Shown here piece by piece: positions 35,610-44,052 of a DNA stretch of 44,068 bases. A model generated the notes under the pieces. It made no database searches and was not told where the DNA came from. It was given only the letters and a program-made list of their open reading frames with translations. The translations under genes and the position numbers were made by a program. This DNA comes from Leptolyngbyaceae cyanobacterium (GTDB taxonomy: Bacteria; Cyanobacteriota; Cyanobacteriia; Phormidesmidales; Phormidesmidaceae), in the NCBI GenBank assembly GCA_965263355.1, contig CBDHHL010000023.1:1-44068 (forward strand), in the 5' to 3' direction. The number at the start of each line of letters is the position of its first letter. The stretch's first letter is position 1.

Positions 35610-37261
35610 GCGAGATCGTCAAGTTCAAGGACTCTATTCAGTTTGAAGATGATTTACATTCCCCAACCTTGGGGAATGTAATCAAAGACGACACGGTATT
35701 GATGGGCACATGGGCATCTTTGGCGATTGGTTCATTCCTATATCTGCAACCTTTTGGGCTTATATCGTTGATTGCGTTGGCCTATTTAGGCTATCGAGAT
35801 GTCAGGGCAACATCTAAAAAGCAAGCCGATAATGATGCCAAGGAAGAAAAGCATGAGTTAGCTCAGGCGATCATTGAGCAAGAAGAGGAAACTCTGATAA
35901 GTAAATTTGAGAAATTGCAGACAGAACTGCAATATGCCGATAAGCCCGTAATAGAAATAGAACCGCAATTTGTTGATAACCCATGGGTTAAAAAAAACTT
36001 AGGGAAGTATGAAGGGGATGTATACGCATCTCCTGAGGATAAGGCAAACGACCAGGTAGCCCAAGCTAGGTTTAGAGCCCCTAATGTTAGTGAGCTATTG
36101 CAGCTCCCTATAGCTGAAAGGGCTGAAAGCTTATTAGAATCACTGGCATTGTCTGGATGTGACCTAAGAGACTTGTTGCATGATTCAATTGTGGCGGTCA
36201 CTGGCGAACAGCAGTCTGGGAAGTCAACACTGTTAGTTATTTTGTCGATTTTTGAGACTGCGTTGCTGGACAAGAAAGTCCACTACGCGACTACGGATAG
36301 CGATGTTTATCCGTTTAAGTTCGCATCTGTTGTAGATTCGGTTGAAGGTTACCGGGATGAAGTGAAAACGGTTTCACAGTTGACCAAGGGCAAGGCGTCT
36401 GATCAGTCTTGGCTGTTTGATGAGTTGACTAGGCAAGACCGTGAGACGATTTCACAACCTTTATGGAACCAACTATTGACCGGATTTGTTAAAACCAGAG
36501 CACATGCCCGGTTAGTTATTCACGGCAAAACTCTGCCAGCCATGGGGGTTCCTAACGGTTTCAATGAGCAAGCTAAACAGGAGGCAACTATTTTAAGAGC
36601 TAAGCGTATGTCTGAAACTGTAGCCGTTAGCGAACGGCGTAAATTAGCCCATGGAGGTCGCTACCCCAGCGGGCAATATACATACTTAGAAATGGACTCA
36701 GATAATAAACTTAGCGATTCAAAAGACACCTTAACTTTGCCTGACTGGTTGCAATTCGAACTTAATGATGAAGGTTTGCCGTGTTATGTGAGATCGGTGC
36801 TGGCATATTTCCCTGAATTACAGGGGCAAGTCGAACCACGGTCTTGTCAAGCAGTTGCAGCGGTTCCCGTCGCTGATAACTCTATTGATTCGGCTAGACA
36901 GCAGTTAACCGCTCTTTGGGAAGGGGCCACAACCATTGCGCATCCCAGCAAAGACGAGGTTGACTTAGAAGAAAAAGAAATTTGTGATAATACTGAACGA
37001 TTCGCCTATGTGGTCGTAAAGTATTTAAGCGATAGGCAGCTTAATAAAACAACGTTGGCCCAGCTCCTAGCTAATTGTTATGAGCTGAAAAAGCATCTAA
37101 AGCTGAACAGCCATGATGAAAACATCAGGGCCAAAGGTCGTGAGACTGCGAAGATCCTAACTAAAAAAGCTGGCAAACTTAATCTATTAAAGATTGAAGA
37201 ACGCGGCCAAAGCATTAATATTTGGCCGCCAGATGAACCGCTGTTTGGAGTCGCCAGATGA
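35606..37261 (+). CDS. membrane-anchored P-loop ATPase (FtsK/VirD4-like architecture)
   Basis: two N-terminal TM helices, VAVTGEQQSGKST Walker A, WLFDE Walker B, LVIH. Confidence 0.65.
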   Translation: MSEIVKFKDSIQFEDDLHSPTLGNVIKDDTVLMGTWASLAIGSFLYLQPFGLISLIALAYLGYRDVRATSKKQADNDAKEEKHELAQAIIEQEEETLISKFEKLQTELQYADKPVIEIEPQFVDNPWVKKNLGKYEGDVYASPEDKANDQVAQARFRAPNVSELLQLPIAERAESLLESLALSGCDLRDLLHDSIVAVTGEQQSGKSTLLVILSIFETALLDKKVHYATTDSDVYPFKFASVVDSVEGYRDEVKTVSQLTKGKASDQSWLFDELTRQDRETISQPLWNQLLTGFVKTRAHARLVIHGKTLPAMGVPNGFNEQAKQEATILRAKRMSETVAVSERRKLAHGGRYPSGQYTYLEMDSDNKLSDSKDTLTLPDWLQFELNDEGLPCYVRSVLAYFPELQGQVEPRSCQAVAAVPVADNSIDSARQQLTALWEGATTIAHPSKDEVDLEEKEICDNTERFAYVVVKYLSDRQLNKTTLAQLLANCYELKKHLKLNSHDENIRAKGRETAKILTKKAGKLNLLKIEERGQSINIWPPDEPLFGVAR

Positions 37262-37295
37262 GGCCAAACAAAAATGATGAAACGCATGCGAGGCG

Positions 37296-37487
37296 ATGAT
37301 TAAAATGGATATTTTCTTAGTTGGCTTAATAGCCATGGCTATCATGGCGATAAAAAACAAAGTAAGAAAATTGCTTTTTTTGCAAGAACAAGTGGATGAA
37401 TTAAATAAACAAGTGAACATCTTGGAAAATCAAACCAAACGATTGGAAACTTTAGAGGAGATTGTAGTTAATCGTGAAACGCTATAG
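37296..37487 (+). CDS. small TM + coiled-coil protein
   Basis: hydrophobic N-terminus, heptad tail. Confidence 0.55.
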   Translation: MIKMDIFLVGLIAMAIMAIKNKVRKLLFLQEQVDELNKQVNILENQTKRLETLEEIVVNRETL

Positions 37488-37490
37488 AAA

Positions 37491-37763
37491 ATGATCGAAA
37501 TCGCAGACGCAACAGATGATGAAATTTATTACCCTTGTGGTTATTTTGAATCTTTAGAAGAAGCAAATGCTGCCATAGACTCTTATTTTCAAAAGCACGG
37601 CATGCCACCGAATTTTGAGGTCACAGACGGATTCGTGATTAAGCTTGAATTTAGGGAATTGCCTATTGGTTTGACGACTTCAAAGACCGTAGTCTCTCGA
37701 CGCATTTGGACGGAAGAATACGATTCAGAAAAAGATATCTATTACTGGCATGAAAATACTTGA
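37491..37763 (+). CDS. hypothetical protein
   Basis: 90-aa acidic ORF in operon. Confidence 0.6.
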   Translation: MIEIADATDDEIYYPCGYFESLEEANAAIDSYFQKHGMPPNFEVTDGFVIKLEFRELPIGLTTSKTVVSRRIWTEEYDSEKDIYYWHENT

Positions 37764-38190
37764 TTCTAATCGCACTGGCCATGTTACAGCCGAGATCGCT
37801 GTCGGTTGCGGCTTGCTTGGAGGTGCAATCGTTCTAAACTTGCCTTGGCAATTTTTCGTTACTGCCGCAATTATCCCACTGTGGGAGCTGTGGGGAACAT
37901 GCGACAATGATGTAAACTCTAGAAGTCTTAAAAAAGGCCGTTGGTATCGTCGTTTTTGGGTGTGGTGGTGGAAGAGTTACGCGCTAGCCGTTGCACATCG
38001 TTCAAGGTTTAGCCATTCAATTATTCCTGGAACAATTATCAGATTGATTTTTAGTGGCTGGGTTTTCTTTTTAGTGTGCAAACCTGGCCTATTAATTGCA
38101 TTGTCTGTCTTGGCTGGATGCGTGATAGCGGATTGTGTTCATATGCTTAAAGATGGATACTGGCCTCAAGAAATGTTATTTGGGAGATGA
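37750..38190 (+). CDS. DUF2227-like metal-binding membrane protein
   Basis: GH...DND..SRS...WWWKSY...HRSRFSHSIIPGTIIRL...ADCVHMLKD. Confidence 0.7.
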   Translation: MKILDSNRTGHVTAEIAVGCGLLGGAIVLNLPWQFFVTAAIIPLWELWGTCDNDVNSRSLKKGRWYRRFWVWWWKSYALAVAHRSRFSHSIIPGTIIRLIFSGWVFFLVCKPGLLIALSVLAGCVIADCVHMLKDGYWPQEMLFGR

Positions 38191-38194
38191 AATA

Positions 38195-38746
38195 ATGAAA
38201 ATAGTTGTAACCAGCCAAAGTCAACACAAATTACCAGTAGTTGAAGAATGGGTTCATTCCTTTGAATGGGGGAAAGAAATTGAAGTCATAGGCTATAAAA
38301 CCCCGACCACGATTGAGCAACCTGTGGGCATTCCACAGGGAACAGACCTTTGTTTTGAAAGGGCTGATTATTTAATAGAAAAAGATTTAGTTCAAAAAAC
38401 AGATATTATCATCTCAATTGAAAGTGCTTTAGATATTAATTGGGACAAAAAGACTGCAGAAGATTTACCATTTATTGGGATAATGACAGGGATTGGGACA
38501 GCTTGCCTAATTAAGTCAGGCGTTAGATTACCTATTCCTAACGAGTATTTTTACTGTGTAGAAGAGGCGAGGGATCGTGGTTTTGATAGCACGACGTTTG
38601 GTCAAGTGTTAGAAGAAAAGACGGGCATTAATAAAACAGGCTGGCAAAAAGAATTGACTGGTGTGTCCAGAAAAAAACAAATACTAAAATCGTTGGATGA
38701 AATCCGGCTTAACGTTCGTTCATTAGTGCTAAGGATTGGAAAATAA
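38195..38746 (+). CDS. YjjX/DUF84-like non-canonical purine NTP phosphatase
   Basis: IVVTSQSQHKL, EQPVG, ERA, ISIES, TFGQV, LTGVSRK. Confidence 0.6.
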   Translation: MKIVVTSQSQHKLPVVEEWVHSFEWGKEIEVIGYKTPTTIEQPVGIPQGTDLCFERADYLIEKDLVQKTDIIISIESALDINWDKKTAEDLPFIGIMTGIGTACLIKSGVRLPIPNEYFYCVEEARDRGFDSTTFGQVLEEKTGINKTGWQKELTGVSRKKQILKSLDEIRLNVRSLVLRIGK

Positions 38747-38748
38747 TT

Positions 38749-38931
38749 ATGACACCTATTTTCTTGAATTCGAATTCAATTAAGCTCATGGCTGAATGCC
38801 GTGATGCTGCTGAAAGAATCGTCTACAGACTGGATGAATGCGACATCGCAAATCGCACCAAAGAAAAAGATCAACAGGTTCATGAAGTGATGCTTGCTTT
38901 ATTCAACGCGCAAATCAACAAAAACAAATAA
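38749..38931 (+). CDS. hypothetical protein
   Basis: 60-aa ORF following NTPase. Confidence 0.5.
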   Translation: MTPIFLNSNSIKLMAECRDAAERIVYRLDECDIANRTKEKDQQVHEVMLALFNAQINKNK

Positions 38932-39058
38932 TTCGCACCGACCACCTACGATCGCGCCGTCCGACCGAATACAAAGCCAGTCGCCACCACTGCCGACAAA
39001 CCAAAATAAGTCTTTTTTAAGAAACCTGCATTGCCTGACTATCCTGTGGCGATGCAGG

Positions 39059-39325
39059 TTACTTTTTACGATTACCTGTGGCATTAGAAAATTTTGCTTT
39101 TTTGCCAGTGGAGTGGTTAATCCAAAAATATCGGCTGAACAAATCCCAGCCTCCGATAGCAAACCCGTCCTGTAAAATCCCATCATCTGAATAAGCAGGC
39201 TTGCCTAGTTCAGCCAAAGCCCATAGGTTGATAGACTTTTGAGCTGGAATACTGATACGCCGATCCCGGCTAAGAACTTCGTCGACCTTGCTCAGCGCGA
39301 TCGTTTTCGCAATTTTTTGAAACAT
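39059..39325 (-). CDS. hypothetical protein
   Basis: 88-aa ORF; overlapping alternatives exist. Confidence 0.4.
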   Translation of the reverse strand: MFQKIAKTIALSKVDEVLSRDRRISIPAQKSINLWALAELGKPAYSDDGILQDGFAIGGWDLFSRYFWINHSTGKKAKFSNATGNRKK

Positions 39326-39468
39326 CGGTAGTTATTAATGCACGACTGTTAAAGCATTCACAATTTTGACCGCAACATCCGGATTTGTATTTTGCATGAC
39401 AATTATTACCAGTGCCAAAATTAAAAAACTAGGCTAATATCCAAGCAAAGCCGTAAATTACTATTTGG

Positions 39469-40728
39469 ATGCAATCAGTAGTTTTCTGGAATGGTTTTAT
39501 GAAGGGTGCGAGTGAGATCGTGCCCCATCTCCCACCCGGCAAAGATATTTACGCTTTTGCCGAAGTCCAAGCAGGCGAAGATATAAGTTGGCTCGAAGAA
39601 CTCTATAGGCTTTCCGGCAGGCACTACCAGGCGTACAGCCAGCCGTATGGGAGCCAAACGCTGGCGATATATGTTGCCGACACAGTTAACGTTTTAGAGC
39701 ATCAAGAACTCAATAACGTTAACTGCGACGGTAAAGGCAGGGCCAGTATTGCACTGCACTTAAAGCCTGAAGCTGGAGACGACTTCTGGATAGTTGTTGT
39801 TCATTTGCGTCGTCGCAATCGAATGGCAAGGGCTTGTGAAGCGGTCAGGCTTAGAAATTGGATGCTGACTAAGCCGCGAGTGGTTGCAATTGGTGATTTT
39901 AATTTAGATATTGAGAGCAGGGAAGGCGGCAGTCGTGATCCTGCTTTTTACAAGCTTGTTGGAGGGGATATTGATTGGATTCGTCCCCAAAATAGAGAGC
40001 AGCCAACGCATTGTTCCCGGCATAGATCATTATTGGATCTAGTTTTTGTGCGTGGGTTGCAGGGGACTGCACAAACCAGCGATATCCCGTGTAACAAGGC
40101 CGAGAATCCATCGGATCATCGGTGGATCGAGTTCAAACTAGAAGGTAAGAACATGGGCAAAACGAAAAATTATGGTGGGGGTTACTCCACCAACCAGCGT
40201 ATTGGCAACCTTGAAAATATGTTCGGCGAGCTTCGAGATATTCTTGAAGACTTTAAGCAAAAACCAAGTGAACAAAAGAGTGAACCAGGATTTGATTGGA
40301 AAGAACTGCCATTGTTAGCTTGGCTATATGTTCAAGCTGCTTTCGGTGCAACGATTAAAATTATCCAGTCTATCGCCGTTGCAGCACTTGAACTAGGCCG
40401 CACAGTTGCCAGCATTTTAGGTTTCACAATTTTCTTATTGGCTGGATTGTTCGTTCTAATCACAGGAAGCAAATACTTTCAATATGGCCTAGGTCGTTTA
40501 GGGATTGTCAACCATGCAGACTCAGACCAGCCAGACCCGCCAAACTATGCAGCCGAAACCGCAGGAGATGCGACTGCTGCTGTTGTTGAATGGGTTAGTG
40601 GGATTAATGTTTATGGCAGTGACCGCGATCGTAGTCGAGCAGTTGGGAACGATGAAAGCGCAGACTCAGGAATGGCTGAAGAACCGCGTAATGTCGAAAT
40701 CTCAGGACTAAAAGAAGATCTTTCATAA
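39469..40728 (+). CDS. EEP (DNase I-like) nuclease domain fused to a membrane domain
   Basis: FWN, AEVQ, VVHL, IGDFN, LDLVF, PSDH; then TM segments and acidic tail. Confidence 0.75.
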   Translation: MQSVVFWNGFMKGASEIVPHLPPGKDIYAFAEVQAGEDISWLEELYRLSGRHYQAYSQPYGSQTLAIYVADTVNVLEHQELNNVNCDGKGRASIALHLKPEAGDDFWIVVVHLRRRNRMARACEAVRLRNWMLTKPRVVAIGDFNLDIESREGGSRDPAFYKLVGGDIDWIRPQNREQPTHCSRHRSLLDLVFVRGLQGTAQTSDIPCNKAENPSDHRWIEFKLEGKNMGKTKNYGGGYSTNQRIGNLENMFGELRDILEDFKQKPSEQKSEPGFDWKELPLLAWLYVQAAFGATIKIIQSIAVAALELGRTVASILGFTIFLLAGLFVLITGSKYFQYGLGRLGIVNHADSDQPDPPNYAAETAGDATAAVVEWVSGINVYGSDRDRSRAVGNDESADSGMAEEPRNVEISGLKEDLS

Positions 40729-40749
40729 GGTTTGCTAGGGAGTCTAGAT

Positions 40750-40785
40750 CAGCCTGTTATCCTATGGGTAGCAGGCTTTTTTTTG
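40750..40785 (+). terminator. intrinsic terminator
   Basis: AGCCTGTTATCC...GGGTAGCAGGCT + T run. Confidence 0.75.
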
Positions 40786-40790
40786 TTGTA

Positions 40791-40997
40791 ATGGCGAATC
40801 TTTCAGACATTCCAAGCGAACGGCACGAACTAGCCCTTAAGCTGGGCTATCAGTTTGATCCTGAAACGGGCGAATATCTCGGCAGATATCGAAAAGGCGT
40901 ATTTCAGCCCCCTGATGAAATGCCGTTGCCAGAGTTCCCTGAGGCAGCACTGAAAAGCGGAAAGCCAACGGGAAGGCATCTTAGGGTTTTGATCTGA
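40791..40997 (+). CDS. hypothetical protein
   Basis: MANLSD...; follows terminator. Confidence 0.5.
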   Translation: MANLSDIPSERHELALKLGYQFDPETGEYLGRYRKGVFQPPDEMPLPEFPEAALKSGKPTGRHLRVLI

Positions 40998-41007
40998 TTA
41001 ACAATGC

Positions 41008-41044
41008 AAAAACCGCCCTACCTTAACTGGCTTGGGCGGTTTTG
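41008..41044. terminator. bidirectional terminator
   Basis: AAAAACCGCCC...GGGCGGTTTTT. Confidence 0.8.
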
Positions 41045-41046
41045 TT

Positions 41047-41223
41047 TTAGGTTTCTAGAATTAACTTTTTAATTAATTCATCAATAGCAGCGGATTTGTT
41101 CCGCTGCTCATTCAGCCACTTTGCCGCCTCAGGGGACAGCATAAACGGCCCCACCCGTTTTGTGCGCCCAGAGGGCTTGCGGCCTGCCCCCTGTCGCTTG
41201 CCTCCGTGCCCCTTCTTAGGCAT
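41047..41223 (-). CDS. 58-aa AT-hook-like + RHH DNA-binding protein
   Basis: MPKKGHGGKRQGAGRKPSGRTKRVGPFMLSPEAAKWLNEQRNKSAAIDELIKKLILET; not in ORF track. Confidence 0.7.
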   Translation of the reverse strand: MPKKGHGGKRQGAGRKPSGRTKRVGPFMLSPEAAKWLNEQRNKSAAIDELIKKLILET

Positions 41224-41410
41224 TGGCGATTATTTCACCAGGCTCTACGTATTCCGCCAAGTGCCCCTCTAATGTGTAGCCGTTGTAGGGCTTCCCGCTC
41301 TCCCCGGTGAATGCTTCCTTATCATTAATAGAGCAGAAACGAATCAGGGCATTCAGCAAACGACCTTGGTCTTCGATGTAGATGCGGTCTTGGTCAAACG
41401 AAACTCTCAT
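41216..41410 (-). CDS. hypothetical protein
   Basis: GAGGA RBS behind consensus promoter. Confidence 0.65.
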   Translation of the reverse strand: MRVSFDQDRIYIEDQGRLLNALIRFCSINDKEAFTGESGKPYNGYTLEGHLAEYVEPGEIIANA

Positions 41411-41426
41411 AAATCTTCCTCATCAA

Positions 41427-41464
41427 CTTGATTACATCATAAACAATCAAGATGATGCCGTCAA
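41427..41464 (-). promoter_or_regulatory. promoter with operator-like inverted repeat
   Basis: TTGACG-N17-TATGAT; CTTGATT...AATCAAG brackets the -10. Confidence 0.75.
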
Positions 41465-41528
41465 GCGATTGCGGATTAATTTGACTTGGAAGAGCCGTTC
41501 TCTAATTCCTACCCAAATCTGTACAGAC

Positions 41529-42752
41529 CTAGACAAGTCTACCGTTACAGTCTTTGGTGATTAGTTCCTGTTTCATAGCTGACCTAGCATGACTACTAGG
41601 GGTCATCACAGCTCCACAGGCCACAACGGTAGAACTTACCGCTGGAATTGGCTTATCTGGGTGCCAATTCTTGATGTTTATTGCTGCATTTAAATCTCTA
41701 TCTATTTTTGTTCCGCAATCAGGGCAATGATAGACACGTTCTTTTAGCGGCATTTTGTGCCGATGATTATTGCAGCCTGAGCAAATTTGAGAGCTAGGAA
41801 ACCAGCGATCAATAATCACTAGCTCACTTTGAAACTTCTCACACTTGTATTCAAGCTGTCTTTTGAACTCGTATAACCCAGCATCAGCAATAGCACCCGC
41901 TAACCGATGGTTCTTTAAGAATCCAGATACATTCAAGTCCTCAATCTTCACTGTGCTGTGGTTCTTAGCTAAGTGAGTAGTGAGTTTATGAATCGCATCT
42001 TTACGGATATTGGCAATACGTTGATGCAATTTAGCGAGTTTACGAACAGCTTTTTTCCGATTGCTAGAACCTTTCTGTTTACGACTTACAGACCGCTGCA
42101 ACCGTTTTAACTGCTTAAGGTGCTTACGGTAAGCTTTCGGGTTTTCAGCCTCAGTGCCATCGCTTAGGACGGCTAAAGACTTTAACCCTACATCCACACC
42201 AACATCGGGTCTATCGCTAGCGACTGTAGGTTGTTCAACCTCAACCTTGATAGCAATAAACCAGTCATCAGCAGCACGGCTGATAGTGCAATTATGGGTA
42301 GCTGCTATAGGCAACTCCTCAGACAGCTTTATCCAACCGATAGTAGGCAGCTTTACCCGCTTACCGTCAGTGCAAATCTTAGGCTTAGCTTTAGTTCCAG
42401 ATTCAAGGTAAAAGCTATCTTTAACGCCTTTCTTCTTAAACCGTGGCTGCTTAGATGTCTTTTTGAAACACCTATCCCAAGCTTTTCTAAGGTCTTTAAG
42501 TGCCTGCTGAGGGGCATTTTTATTACTGAGGTAATACCAAGGATTATCTGATTTAACCTCAGCAACTAAACGCTTATGCAAGTCAATAGCACTAGGGACT
42601 TTAACCGACTTATCAGACTCCCGTTGCTTAAGTACATCCAAGACAACGGCATTAGCCCAGTTATAAGCGTGTCGTGCTGTGCCTGCATGTTGAGCAAACA
42701 ATGACCGCTGCTTGTTATTTGGCTCTAACCGTGTTTTGAATGAAAGAAGCAT
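41529..42752 (-). CDS. tnpB: RNA-guided endonuclease TnpB (IS607-type)
   Basis: MLLSFKTRLEPNNKQ, GVDVG, IEDLNV, CSGC..CPDC, IDRDLNAA; start refined to 42752. Confidence 0.93.
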   Translation of the reverse strand: MLLSFKTRLEPNNKQRSLFAQHAGTARHAYNWANAVVLDVLKQRESDKSVKVPSAIDLHKRLVAEVKSDNPWYYLSNKNAPQQALKDLRKAWDRCFKKTSKQPRFKKKGVKDSFYLESGTKAKPKICTDGKRVKLPTIGWIKLSEELPIAATHNCTISRAADDWFIAIKVEVEQPTVASDRPDVGVDVGLKSLAVLSDGTEAENPKAYRKHLKQLKRLQRSVSRKQKGSSNRKKAVRKLAKLHQRIANIRKDAIHKLTTHLAKNHSTVKIEDLNVSGFLKNHRLAGAIADAGLYEFKRQLEYKCEKFQSELVIIDRWFPSSQICSGCNNHRHKMPLKERVYHCPDCGTKIDRDLNAAINIKNWHPDKPIPAVSSTVVACGAVMTPSSHARSAMKQELITKDCNGRLV

Positions 42753-42809
42753 ATCGACCTTATCCGTGTTACATTTACTGGTATACCAGATAATGATGAG
42801 GCTTGACAA

Positions 42810-42983
42810 GTGCCTACAGAGAAATTTAAGCCAAATGAAAAGACTGCTTACGACAGAACACCGGTACAAGTTAAGGTATTGCCTGGTGTTAGAGAAAAAC
42901 TAAAAGCTATCCCAGGATGGCAGAATCTACTTAGGCAGAAAATCGATGAAATAATATCTGGACAGTCGGATAGTTTTGTCTAG
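42810..42983 (+). CDS. 57-aa RHH-like DNA-binding protein
   Basis: MPTEKFKPNEKTAYDRTPVQVKVLPGVREKLKAIPGWQNLLRQKIDEII...; not in ORF track. Confidence 0.65.
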   Translation: MPTEKFKPNEKTAYDRTPVQVKVLPGVREKLKAIPGWQNLLRQKIDEIISGQSDSFV

Positions 42984-43076
42984 TTATGGGTAGGAATTAC
43001 CGAACAGTTAACCACCCTCTTCCAACCGCAAGTTAAACTGTGCTAGGGTGGGCTGTAACCTTTAGAGGAATAAGCC

Positions 43077-43280
43077 ATGCCAAGAAAAAAAATAGGCGTC
43101 GCCCAGTGGGGGTGCTCGCTGCCAGAAGAAGCTAGAGAAGGTCTCAAGGAAGTACTCAGAAACCTTGACTGCCTATACAATGGGCAGCCAAGCTTAGGGG
43201 TTTTCTTGACGAAAATATGGAAAGGAGAACTAGTCATCTCAAAAAAAGTTAAAGTTCCCATTGACGACAATAACCTTTAG
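43077..43280 (+). CDS. small putative DNA-binding protein
   Basis: GAGGA RBS, MPRKK; flanked by two copies of TAACCTTTAGAGG. Confidence 0.6.
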   Translation: MPRKKIGVAQWGCSLPEEAREGLKEVLRNLDCLYNGQPSLGVFLTKIWKGELVISKKVKVPIDDNNL

Positions 43281-43290
43281 AGGTTATCGT
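43261..43290 (+). promoter_or_regulatory. promoter with palindromic operator
   Basis: TTGACG-N18-TATCGT containing ATAACCTTTAGAGGTTAT; second copy at 43056-43068. Confidence 0.65.
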
Positions 43291-43319
43291 TAAAACAGTT
43301 AAGGCGAAGGAGCCGGGAA

Positions 43320-43586
43320 ATGACTACTCAATCATTAGTTTTGGAAGCAAGACAATATTTTTCTGAGGAAAAACATATAGATTCAATAATTTCCAGTATT
43401 GAACGGCTTGTGGCCGATACAGACTGGGAAAATGTACCTGATACAGACGGCGAATATGGATATGAATCCTGGGTTGAACTGTCCTATGGACAGCCAGGGG
43501 ATTTAGAGCCTGAGCCGGTCGTTGTTTTTTGCATTTGCTCCAACGCGCCTGGGTGCATTACTGCAAAAACCTATAGATACCTGTAA
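43320..43586 (+). CDS. hypothetical acidic protein
   Basis: AAGGAG RBS; starts MTTQS. Confidence 0.65.
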   Translation: MTTQSLVLEARQYFSEEKHIDSIISSIERLVADTDWENVPDTDGEYGYESWVELSYGQPGDLEPEPVVVFCICSNAPGCITAKTYRYL

Positions 43587-43593
43587 GGAACAT

Positions 43594-43803
43594 ATGATTA
43601 TGGATAATGAATTGCAATGCCGCATCACCCGCGCAGCTGTCACTTACTTCCATTGTCAGTCTTGGCAGATTGACGCCATCTATAGTGATGGCGAATGGTA
43701 TTTGTACCTTGCCGACGTTGCAGCAGGCACAACGGGAGAGCCCGAGCTAATCAAGTATAGGGTAAATGATGGTTTCGCGTTTGAACTTAGTGAGTTGAAT
43801 TAA
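43594..43803 (+). CDS. hypothetical protein
   Basis: AAGGA RBS. Confidence 0.6.
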   Translation: MIMDNELQCRITRAAVTYFHCQSWQIDAIYSDGEWYLYLADVAAGTTGEPELIKYRVNDGFAFELSELN

Positions 43804-43824
43804 AAAAATAAGGAGCCGAAAAGC

Positions 43825-44052
43825 ATGACTACTCAATCATGGGAAACAGACAAGCAAGCCTATCTCTCTCGGGCTGGGCTCGATAAGAGGTGGGTGTTTT
43901 ATGAGAACTTTATGGAGCTTACGGACTCTGAGTTCGCAACTTTGGTTTCGTTCTGCGATCCAGCAGAAAGACGGCTTACAGCCGTCTACGAAGGATCACA
44001 TTTCTCTGTTGGCAGCTACGAAAGCACAGCAATCCAGCGATACAATTTTTAG
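43825..44052 (+). CDS. hypothetical protein
   Basis: AAGGAG RBS; starts MTTQS with the same leader as 43320. Confidence 0.65.
   Translation: MTTQSWETDKQAYLSRAGLDKRWVFYENFMELTDSEFATLVSFCDPAERRLTAVYEGSHFSVGSYESTAIQRYNF

Larger units (their letters stand above)
41495..43007 (-). mobile_element. non-autonomous IS607-like element (tnpB + divergent RHH gene, no serine recombinase)
   Basis: ends CCGTTC../..GAACAG with perfect 13-bp IR TAATTCCTACCCA / TGGGTAGGAATTA and CTAGACAA repeats; removal rejoins hairpin TTGGAAGAG...CTCTTCCAA. Confidence 0.7.

Noticed and set aside
6218..42565. Many short antisense ORFs within MTase, TnpB, lipase, primase, helicase, exonuclease and ATPase genes
   Set aside because: They lie opposite well-supported genes and carry no motifs
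42753..42869. N-terminal extension of TnpB in the ORF track
   Set aside because: Family-typical start is MLLSFKT at 42752; the extension overlaps the promoter region and the divergent RHH gene
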